A DNA stretch of 64,000 nucleotides from IMG/VR virus record IMGVR_UViG_3300042519_001698; one strand, 5' to 3'. The notes under the pieces are model-generated. The model saw only the letters and a program-made list of their open reading frames with translations. It was not told where the DNA came from and did no database searches. The stretch comes from a virus. Below are positions 8,850-17,400 of the stretch, piece by piece (position 1 is the first letter of the stretch; every line of letters starts with the position of its first letter). The position numbers were made by a program, and so were the translations under genes.

Positions 8850-9365
8850 TTAAATTTTGATATAACTAATTCCACCTTGAGTTCCTTTAAGTGGATTATC
8901 ATATTTTTTCTCTACCGATTTTCTTGGTGTTATTTTACCATCTTTGTGATATAAAGCCCACTTCCATGTTTTATCTGGTTTATAGCCAGGTCCTACCCAA
9001 TGATGATGTACACTCTTTTCGTATTTTTCTAATTTAGTAATGGTCGCTTCTAAGACATACTCATCGGAAACTTCAAGATATTTCATACCATCATATATCT
9101 TATCCATCTTTGGACAATTGTACATAACCGCATAACCACAATCTTTTGAAATGTTTAAATCTTCATCACTACGTGCACTAATCACTATTGCCAATTGGTC
9201 ATTTGTAGGTGCCACAATTTTTGGTTTAATGTGTTTAGGTAGGACTTCGATTAATTTGTTTATGTTACCTCTATGAGCTCTTACCGCATCTTGTCTTGTT
9301 TCATAAAGTGTTGTAATTTCTTTTCCATCTAACAACTGAACCCTGTACTGTTTTTCTACTATCAT
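8850..9365 (-). CDS. Hypothetical protein
   Basis: 171 aa ORF that tiles between the primase and nuclease genes; no motif recognised. Confidence 0.7.
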   Translation of the reverse strand: MIVEKQYRVQLLDGKEITTLYETRQDAVRAHRGNINKLIEVLPKHIKPKIVAPTNDQLAIVISARSDEDLNISKDCGYAVMYNCPKMDKIYDGMKYLEVSDEYVLEATITKLEKYEKSVHHHWVGPGYKPDKTWKWALYHKDGKITPRKSVEKKYDNPLKGTQGGISYIKI

Positions 9366-9377
9366 TTTTATTTATGT

Positions 9378-10313
9378 TTAATCTAATTGTTTTATATCAC
9401 ACTCGTTTATTTTTCCTTGTAGGTCGGCAATATCTTGATTACCTTCTAATTTTACTATCCACACTTTACCCATTAATTTACCAATGTTAATTCTGTGATA
9501 TAGTCTTTCCGCATCGTTCCATGCATCGGGGTCTAGAATTATAATTATCTTTTTTGCTTTAGTATATAGTTCATTAAATAAATGTTCACTCATAAATTTC
9601 CCTAACATTGGGATTGCGTTAGGAATGAATATACTATCAAACGCACCTTCAACCACATACACAGGTTTATCCCAATCAATTAGATATTCATTAAAGATTA
9701 TCGTTTCTTTTTGTGCTTCAGGATTTTTATATTTCATCTTTGAGTAATTCAAATATGAACGTGCTATAAAATAATTTATATTTCTATTTGTGTCGTATGA
9801 TGGTATGATAATTCTATTTTCATATAAACCAGATGGACAATATCCAATGTTGTATATTTGTAACATTAATTCGGATATATTTCTACTCTGAATATATTTG
9901 TAAGCTTGTTTATATTGTGGAGTTAATTTCATTCCGAAACTAACATCTTTGAATTTTACAAACTCTTTAGGTAATCTAACTGGTTTATACACACGTTTAT
10001 TACCCTCTTCATCCTCTTCTGGTCTTAATAGTGTGTATTTTTTTAGTTGTTTTGGATTACCGAATTTCTTAATCAATTTATGTACGGAACCATGTGTTTC
10101 GTGGGATTCAGCACACACCCAACACTTATAAACATTGTATTTGTAATTAACTTCTAGATTTCCTTTTCCGTCTCCATGTTCCAATCCTTTTATTTCATAT
10201 GAACAAGTAGGACAATCAAAAGACATTTGGCAACGATAGTCATTGTGCATCTTAGGTTCACCTAAAATGTCTTCAAGAATATCAATAACGGGACTGTAGT
10301 CAATTTCTACCAT
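9378..10313 (-). CDS. dnaG: DNA primase (DnaG/T4 gp61-like)
   Basis: Zinc finger CPTC...CWVC, RIIIP, KYKN, TOPRIM VVEGAFD and LDPDA. True start is probably the ATG at 10313 (MVEIDY); the track's GTG lies inside a terminator loop. Confidence 0.92.
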   Translation of the reverse strand: MVEIDYSPVIDILEDILGEPKMHNDYRCQMSFDCPTCSYEIKGLEHGDGKGNLEVNYKYNVYKCWVCAESHETHGSVHKLIKKFGNPKQLKKYTLLRPEEDEEGNKRVYKPVRLPKEFVKFKDVSFGMKLTPQYKQAYKYIQSRNISELMLQIYNIGYCPSGLYENRIIIPSYDTNRNINYFIARSYLNYSKMKYKNPEAQKETIIFNEYLIDWDKPVYVVEGAFDSIFIPNAIPMLGKFMSEHLFNELYTKAKKIIIILDPDAWNDAERLYHRINIGKLMGKVWIVKLEGNQDIADLQGKINECDIKQLD

Positions 10314-10344
10314 AGATAGTAGAATTATAAAGAAAATATCTTGT

Positions 10345-10380
10345 AAAAAAAAATGGGAGCCGAACACCACCTCGACTCCC
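10345..10380 (-). terminator. Intrinsic terminator upstream of the primase gene
   Basis: Minus strand: GGGAGUCGA-GGUGGUGU-UCGGCUCCC followed by A and U9. The one non-Watson-Crick pair is a U-G wobble only on the minus strand. Confidence 0.8.
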
Positions 10381-10420
10381 TACCAACTAAACGAGGATTT
10401 AACTCCCCGTCCCGTCCTAT
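10345..10420 (-). ncRNA. Candidate short leader RNA or sRNA (promoter, hairpin, terminator)
   Basis: GC-rich ~75 nt unit between a promoter (10427-10455) and the terminator, with an extra hairpin ACGGGGA/UCCUCGU at 10391-10410. Confidence 0.5.
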
Positions 10421-10426
10421 ATTATA

Positions 10427-10455
10427 AGTATAACCTAATTATGTTGTAATGTAAA
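10427..10455 (-). promoter_or_regulatory. Host-type promoter
   Basis: TTTACA-N17-TATACT, immediately followed by a second TATAAT (10421-10426). Confidence 0.6.
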
Positions 10456-10458
10456 ATG

Positions 10459-11076
10459 TTAGTTGCCGGATTTTTCTGATTTACTCATATTAATATATCC
10501 AATCACACAACAAGCGGCGTCCGCCATATCAAAATTTTCTTTTTTCAATGTACCTGTCTTTCCATACAACCAATTTACTTCAGGACAAAGTGAATTTACA
10601 TGATCCCAAATGACTTGTTTCTTATCAATATCTTTTGGGTATCCACCAAATAAAACATTACGACCTTTATCGTTTGGACCTACCAAACTTGGGAATGCAA
10701 ATTTTCTTGAATTATATGTTGAAATAAATGAGGGTACAATTTTCAATGTATCGTAAATCATTTTACAAATCATCGTATTATATCTTAATAATGTCCCAAC
10801 TGTATAAACGTTATTTGAATTTAATAAGGGTTCCTCGATAATAACTTTTGTAATTCCCACATCCACATAATTGTCCAAATGTTTTTGAAACGCATTTGCC
10901 TTCATCATAAGTTCTTCTAACTTATCTTCAGGTTGTGGTTTAATCTTTGGGGAAAAGTGAGTTAATTCTAATAGATTGGACCCTGATATATCAAACAGTG
11001 CCCACCCAATAGTCTTAGTCGAAATATCGAGACCTAAGATTTTTGGCTTATTCTTTAATTTTACATCTATGCTCAT
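10459..11076 (-). CDS. ruvC: RuvC-like Holliday junction resolvase (RNase H fold)
   Basis: ILGLDISTKTIGW, VIIEEP and FDMADA acidic catalytic motifs. Confidence 0.8.
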   Translation of the reverse strand: MSIDVKLKNKPKILGLDISTKTIGWALFDISGSNLLELTHFSPKIKPQPEDKLEELMMKANAFQKHLDNYVDVGITKVIIEEPLLNSNNVYTVGTLLRYNTMICKMIYDTLKIVPSFISTYNSRKFAFPSLVGPNDKGRNVLFGGYPKDIDKKQVIWDHVNSLCPEVNWLYGKTGTLKKENFDMADAACCVIGYINMSKSEKSGN

Positions 11077-11083
11077 AATGTAG

Positions 11084-11112
11084 AAATTAAGAATAAAATC
11101 TTTAAATGTAAA
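11084..11112 (-). promoter_or_regulatory. Host-type promoter for the resolvase gene
   Basis: TTTACA-N17-TAATTT, ending 7 nt before the ATG. Confidence 0.45.
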
Positions 11113-11114
11113 GC

Positions 11115-13127
11115 TTAGAAATCTAGTTTAACTGAAAATACTTGTGTACCAACTCTTGGAACCGGATTAGCCGTTTTTGCAATAACTAATGCCGTTTTAT
11201 TGGAATCTAACAATGCAACTTCTGTAATCTTTGGTTGATACCCTGAAACAAATGTTGGATTTTGAGATGTTGCGAATTTACCTGACGGTAGATTCACCAA
11301 GAAATTCATTTCCTCAATTTTACTTTCTCTTGTTAATTTGGCAGAACCTGCGAACGGTTGTTCATCACCAAACTGTGTGGTTGCTCCCGAATATGATTGT
11401 CCCGTGTGTCCTGATAAAGTGAAAGTTGAAGCCGCGGTATAATTTGTGTTATTAATTGTAAATGTTAAACCTGTAACACTTGATGGTGAAATTAAACTAT
11501 CTCCATTCAATGTTATTGAAACTGGTATTTTTTTCCAACCCGATGATGATGGTAATGAGTTAGTTGTTTTTTGTGCTAAAACATACATTTCATTTGCAAC
11601 AAAACCAGTTTTTAAACCAGAAAGTGATGGTTTTAAAGCATCAAATAAAGTTGAACCTGTAAATCTTACCACAACATTTGAAGCAGGGTTTGTTGCTGGT
11701 GCACAAACATCTGATGTTGTCGGTTGTGTTAATGAAATTTTAGAGTAGTTCATACAAGGTAGACCGTTTAATTTTTGGTCTGTTGAGTATGAAAATACAT
11801 ATGAAACATATAATGTTTGACCTGTGGTACCATCTAAAATGTAAGAACCATCAGTTGAGTGTGTTAATTCTAATTTAGGTGTTGGTAATGTGTATTTTCT
11901 ATTAGATTTAATATCTAATGTCGCTGCAATTTCTTTATCATCAAATACAATTACTTTGTTATTTAAGAAAACCTTACCAACTTTAATTCCTTGTTCGTCT
12001 AATAAATCTCTATATAAAATTGACATTTTATTAGGATTGATTTTCGACACTACAAATTTATCATTACTTCCGATATGAAACTTAGCTCCGATTGTTGTTC
12101 CTGTATTTCTATGGTAGTCAATATATGGGATATAGACCTCAAAAGAATCGGTACCAATATAATCATCATATTTAAACGCTCTATCAGGGTCATTAATTAA
12201 ATCACCCATTTCTGAGTAATGTAATAAAGCAATGTTGTCTTGTTCAGATGAAGGAATTTCAACCTCTTCACCAAATACATTAACATATGTTGTACCCGTA
12301 ATTAACGAACCAGTAATGTCTGTAAAATATTGTCCACCGTTTGAATGGTAACCTAAAAACTCTTTTGTTGAAACGTGATTACTACCTGTAAAGACGTTTG
12401 CTCCGTCATCAGTTGATGTGAATCCAATTGGTTTTTTACCCCAAACAGAACTTAATGTCCATGGGTCATGTTGTTCTTCAGGACTTGGAATTGGTGGTAA
12501 ACATAGTGGGTCACTATCCGTTGGGAATTCAATTTTAACATTGTTACCAATAACTGTAAAATTACCCGTTAACCCTCTTGAGTTATAATCTGGTGTTGGT
12601 CTATCTAATGTTAATATTTCAGTAGTTGTGTTACCACTAATATTAACAATTTTATATGTTAAACTATTTGAATATCCTGTTATTGTTGTACTATCTAATG
12701 TTCCTAAAACTAATGTGATGTATTCAGCATCACTAAAACTTTTATCTGTTGGTTTTGTTAAAGTAAGTGTATTTGTTCCTGTTAAAGATGTAATGTTACC
12801 TGTTACCGCTAATGATTGAATTATACTACCTGAAATAAATCCAGCTTCTCCCATTTGATTTGATACTACCTCATATGTTGACCCCGTAATAGGAACTCCA
12901 TAGGGTAAAGAACCACTTTCATATGATAATGGATACTTTATGTCACTATCCTTATCTAATGGTGTAAAAACACTCTGTGATGAACTTACGAATCCACTAT
13001 AAACATATTCAGAATCACCAACCGTAAAGTATGATATTTTAAAATCACCCTTTGCAATTGCATTTCTTCCTTTTTGTGTTAATCTCGCTGAAAGATATTC
13101 TGAATTATTTTTATCTAAGAAACTCAT
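11115..13127 (-). CDS. Tail-fibre/baseplate attachment structural protein
   Basis: N-terminal ARLTQKGRNAIAKG.F.ISYF.VGDSE and C-terminal KITEVALLD...LVIAK..NP....FSVKLDF resemble the baseplate-binding fibre domain of the P2 gpH type. Ser/Thr/Gly-rich. Confidence 0.65.
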   Translation of the reverse strand: MSFLDKNNSEYLSARLTQKGRNAIAKGDFKISYFTVGDSEYVYSGFVSSSQSVFTPLDKDSDIKYPLSYESGSLPYGVPITGSTYEVVSNQMGEAGFISGSIIQSLAVTGNITSLTGTNTLTLTKPTDKSFSDAEYITLVLGTLDSTTITGYSNSLTYKIVNISGNTTTEILTLDRPTPDYNSRGLTGNFTVIGNNVKIEFPTDSDPLCLPPIPSPEEQHDPWTLSSVWGKKPIGFTSTDDGANVFTGSNHVSTKEFLGYHSNGGQYFTDITGSLITGTTYVNVFGEEVEIPSSEQDNIALLHYSEMGDLINDPDRAFKYDDYIGTDSFEVYIPYIDYHRNTGTTIGAKFHIGSNDKFVVSKINPNKMSILYRDLLDEQGIKVGKVFLNNKVIVFDDKEIAATLDIKSNRKYTLPTPKLELTHSTDGSYILDGTTGQTLYVSYVFSYSTDQKLNGLPCMNYSKISLTQPTTSDVCAPATNPASNVVVRFTGSTLFDALKPSLSGLKTGFVANEMYVLAQKTTNSLPSSSGWKKIPVSITLNGDSLISPSSVTGLTFTINNTNYTAASTFTLSGHTGQSYSGATTQFGDEQPFAGSAKLTRESKIEEMNFLVNLPSGKFATSQNPTFVSGYQPKITEVALLDSNKTALVIAKTANPVPRVGTQVFSVKLDF

Positions 13128-13131
13128 ATGT

Positions 13132-13139
13132 TATAAATA
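13132..13139 (-). promoter_or_regulatory. TATTTATA putative late-promoter motif
   Basis: 4 nt upstream of the ATG at 13127. Confidence 0.55.
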
Positions 13140-13158
13140 TTGTTTTTTTGTTTTATGA

Positions 13159-14175
13159 TTATGACGGTGAATTATATGTACAGTAATCCATACATTCTTG
13201 TATCGTTGCATATATTCCATCAACACAACTAATACATTGTCCATTAGAGCAACAATATGTTTGTTCGGGTTGTTTAATATTATGTGTTAATATACCCTCA
13301 GCGTAGAATAAATCAATATCCTCTACGTCCATTTGGTAAATTGTTACAGTTTCTTCTATTACGTCAACTGAGGTTACTTCAATTTCATTATTATTAATAT
13401 CTAATAAAAATTGACCAACTAAAACGTCTTTTGCTTGAATAAATCTCCATCCTGTCGGATGTTTTACTAAATGTCTATGATATTCAGTTGTTCTTAATAA
13501 GTTATTTATTAAGATTGTTTTATCCGATGGTTTTGCGACTATATTAACTATAGTTGTTTGACTCAAGTTACCAACAATTTCATTCGTATTCCACGTAGTT
13601 AATACTTCATTAGTGTCCGAATCTGATGGTAAACCTTCAATATTAAATGACATTAACACATCACCAACTTGTAATGTTTCAATTAATACTTGTGAACCAT
13701 CCGATAATGTGATATTAGTACCTTCAATAAAACAAACTAATGGATCACAATCATCCTGACAAGCTGCTAAGTTTGAGTATGTACCTCCATATCCTTCTAC
13801 CTCAATACAATTTCCATTAAAGCAATCGTATGTGTAGACAGTTGGTTCAGTAACATTTGTCGTTGGTGTTGGGGTCTGTGTTTGAGTCGGAGTTGGTGTT
13901 TGGGTTGGGGTCTGAGTTATTGCAGGTGCACCATTTAACTGTGTAATAAGATATAAATTTAAACAATCCCCAACATTTGGATTTATCTTAATGTATTGAG
14001 TTCCATCAGGAATTACATTACTTACAAAACCATTTAATAATTCTGTCCTTGTTACATTTGTTTCAAATGCAGTTCCACCACATGAACTATTACTTGATGA
14101 GGTACAAGAGTATAAATCAAATGTCGACATATTTGTCGATACTGTTGATAATGTTATAGTTCCTGATATTGCCAT
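13159..14175 (-). CDS. Putative virion protein: anchor module, Thr-Pro linker, Cys module, Hint domain, Cys module
   Basis: 338 aa with Hint motifs at residues 148-299; located inside the structural block. Confidence 0.85.
   Translation of the reverse strand: MAISGTITLSTVSTNMSTFDLYSCTSSSNSSCGGTAFETNVTRTELLNGFVSNVIPDGTQYIKINPNVGDCLNLYLITQLNGAPAITQTPTQTPTPTQTQTPTPTTNVTEPTVYTYDCFNGNCIEVEGYGGTYSNLAACQDDCDPLVCFIEGTNITLSDGSQVLIETLQVGDVLMSFNIEGLPSDSDTNEVLTTWNTNEIVGNLSQTTIVNIVAKPSDKTILINNLLRTTEYHRHLVKHPTGWRFIQAKDVLVGQFLLDINNNEIEVTSVDVIEETVTIYQMDVEDIDLFYAEGILTHNIKQPEQTYCCSNGQCISCVDGIYATIQECMDYCTYNSPS
13279..13734 (-). other. Hint (intein-like, BIL-type) autoprocessing domain
   Basis: Block A CFIEGTNITLSDG (Cys1), block B TTEYH (TxxH), block F IYQMDVEDIDLFYAEG, block G THN. 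The +1 residue is Ile. No homing endonuclease. Confidence 0.9.
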
Positions 14176-14404
14176 TTTATTTATTTTTTATTTTTTTAAC
14201 TTGGTTGTTCAGATTCTCCACACTCTATCTGAGTTCCAGAACAAGGATCCACTTGAGCTTGACAAAATCCATCAGGTTCTTTACAATAGTATGTATAGGA
14301 AGGTTCTGTACAATCAGCCTGACAAGCCTCTAAGTTTGAGTATGTACCTCCATATCCTTGTACTGCGGTACAATTTCCATTAATACAATCGTATGTGTAA
14401 ACAG
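13747..14404. repeat. Dispersed direct repeat of 95 bp (13747-13841 and 14310-14404) encoding a 4-Cys module
   Basis: Manual alignment: 84/95 identical, no gaps, 30-nt perfect core. Encodes YTYDCxNGNCxxVxGYGGTYSNLxACQxDC in two adjacent genes. Confidence 0.95.
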
Positions 14405-17400
14405 GTTCAGGTGATGGGTCGGGTGGTGGTGGTGTAGTACAACTAATTGTTACTGATTTTGTTTTAACACTATTACTACTGTCATATAATAAAACGTACC
14501 AAGTTCCATTGGCCAAATTATTCCAATAATATGAAATTTCACCAGTTAAATCAATTGGTGTTGACATTCCAGCATTTTGTAAAGAATCACCAATTCTAAC
14601 ACTACTATAAGAATTTGTTCCACCATCAAATGACCCAATACTTATCGTACCCGTTCCTGATCCACCTAAACATCCACCTGTAATGTTAAAATCCAACGCT
14701 GCCGGTGGTGGAGGTGGTGGTTCTACTTCAGGACAAATAGTTATATTTGCAAGTGTTACACTTATTTTATTACCTCCAGGGTCTATTGTTGATGACCCCG
14801 CAATGACATAATATGTTTCGGAACTTCCCTCAACTATATCTCCTGAATCATATGTTCCTTGTTCATACCCTGTCGAATATAAATTAGTACCACCCGCACA
14901 AGGTGCCAATGTGTAATAATATATATCTAACGAACCATCAGTAATTGTTATCTCACTTGAGGTTGATAAGACGGTACCTGAAGCACTTCCACTTCTAAGT
15001 TCTAATTTAAATTTCTCAGTTCCTTCTGTTAATTGGTCTTCAGCCAATGAAAAAGAATATTCCTCACCTGAATATGTTAATGAAATTGTTGATGGGAAGT
15101 TATTTTGGAAATCAGATAAATTAACCGTTCCAGTTGTGCTTAATATTGTTATATAAAGTGTTTGAGGGAACGATATATTTGCTGCGGTCACAGTTGTGGT
15201 AAATGATCCACCTCCATCATCAGAACTACTTGGACTTACACTTATACCATATGATGGTGTTGATGGTGGTGTTGTAGTACATTCTGACCAATCTTGTATT
15301 TGACCAGCTGTTGTTATATATGCAACATATTGGAAAACATTACCTCCACCATAAATTAAAATTGCATAATATTTGTCTCCACCATTAACAACACTACCAC
15401 CTATATTTGCATCATATAACGTATAAATTGTTGACGGTGTTACTGAAGTTATAGCCGGATCACTAACATATAATGATTCTGAACCGTTTTGTGATAATGA
15501 CACATAACCAACGGGTAATCCACTCGGGTTTTCTCCACATGCTGCCGTTTTAATATCAGTTAATGTTGGACCAGATGCTGTTGACCATGCAAATACTCTA
15601 GCCGTTCTATAAACGACTGGTGTTGCTTCCTCACAATCATTAAGTGGTTGTCCATTATCTGGATCTAAAGATCTAGTGATTTGTATTAACTCAGACGACG
15701 ACACTGGTGGTGTATCAATTGCAGGGTCAAATGTGTCAACAATTACATATGTTATATCGGCGTCTCCCCAATAAACTCTGTTACCATATGTAAAATCACT
15801 GGTGTTATATGTAACCGTATATTTTACAATTGTCGGGTCGTCACATCTCTCAACTTTAAAGTATCTATAATAAGTTGTTGGTGTTGGTGTTTGAGTTGGG
15901 GTTTGTGTTTGAGTCGGAGTTGGTGATTGTGTTATAAGTGGAACTGCACTGTACACCGCATTACCTGTCATATAACATGCCAATGTTTGTGTTGGTGTTT
16001 GTGTTTGTGTTTGTGTTGGCGTCTGAGTCTGAGTTGGTGTTTGTGTTGGCGTCTGAGTCTGAGTTGGTGTTTGTGTCGGTGTTTGGGTTTGTGTTGGTGT
16101 TTGTGTTGGAGTTGGGGTTGGAGTTGGGTCAATAGCAATTGCACCGTAACCAACTTTAAATTCAAAAGATTTATCTACAGTACAACTATGTGGACCATAT
16201 TTGTAAGATTTAAATTTAACATACTCATCTCCATCAATTCCACCTACAAATGGTAAAAATTCACATGATATTCTTGGTAATCTTGTTATTGTATTTGTAC
16301 CGCCAGAATGTGTTGTACCTTTAAATCCATTAATACCATCTGTGGTGTAACCCGAATAAAAATTAATATAATTTACAGTATCAATTATCGCCTCTCTCCA
16401 CAATAATCTTAATTTATTATAATCAGGTTCAAAATCATTTGTACCATTTCCTTTATATAATTTAGCACTAAAATTTGTGGTTGTAGTTCCACTTAATAAA
16501 GCATAAGTTGTACCAGTATAACCCTGTATTGCCTCATAATTCTCAGGGTCGAATAATAACTTTTTAGTTAAGGTTGGTGTTGGTGTTGGAACATTTTCAA
16601 AAGATATTATATTCGTATTGTTAGTTGACACACCCATGTATGGTGCATTATATCCATATTCAGAATTAAGTGGTATAGGAATAAAAACAGGGTCGGTTGA
16701 ACCTGAATATGTTATTCCGTCAATTTCAAATATTGGAAAAAATTGTAAATAACCATCGTAATTTAAATCGTCATCTTGACTGAAATAAAATTGGAATTGA
16801 AATATCTCTTCTTGGAAATGTCTATTACCTTCTGCTGGTGTTGGAAATGCCGGTTCTAAAAATTCATATATTTGACAAGGTTTCTTGTATTTGTATTTTG
16901 ACCTTTGAAAAATGTTATTCTCAATTAAATTACCTCCCGTCCATAAACTTGTTGATGGAACGAATTGGTCAATAACACTTGTCCAATAAGGACTCATTTT
17001 TTCAATAAATTCGTTTGCTGAAATGAAATTATATGGTGTATATCCCGTATTATTCACTTGATTCATGTAATCATCATAAATGTCCTGAAGAACAATATAA
17101 TTGTTTTTGTATTTGATTACATTTGAATTTTTAATTGTTTGATTTAAAACTGTATCAAGATATTCTGCAAATGTATATCCCGTTTGAGAGTATAATGTTG
17201 CACTACCAAAGTCAATTCCTAAGTTTCTTGATTGTCTCCATATGTCATAATCAATTGCTCTTGATGCAGATAAATTAACATTTAAATTTTTTCTATTTAA
17301 AATTAATTTAGAATCAGAGGTGGTTGAATTATTAATTTGTTTGTTGTCGATTTTTGAATCTAATTCAAATCCATATCCTAATCCTTGTAAATTTCTAAAA

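Noticed and set aside
10313-10370. N-terminal extensions in the ORF track (primase from 10370; also 8902, 52653, 34980, 7204, 1759)
   Set aside because: These alternative starts fall in terminators, promoters or upstream genes. Downstream ATGs give better spacing and conserved-looking N-termini.
10345-10420. tRNA gene (D-loop-like UAGUUGGUAG on the minus strand; TCGACTCCCTACCA on the plus strand)
   Set aside because: No anticodon arm and no pairing T-stem or acceptor stem on either strand. The terminator fold explains the sequence better.
13279-13734. Canonical mobile intein
   Set aside because: The +1 residue is Ile rather than Cys/Ser/Thr, there is no endonuclease, and it is not inserted in a conserved enzyme motif. 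Treated as BIL-type.
13747-14404. Template/variable repeat pair of a diversity-generating retroelement
   Set aside because: Only 3 of 11 mismatches are coding-strand adenines in either copy, both copies are coding, and there is no reverse transcriptase in the window.
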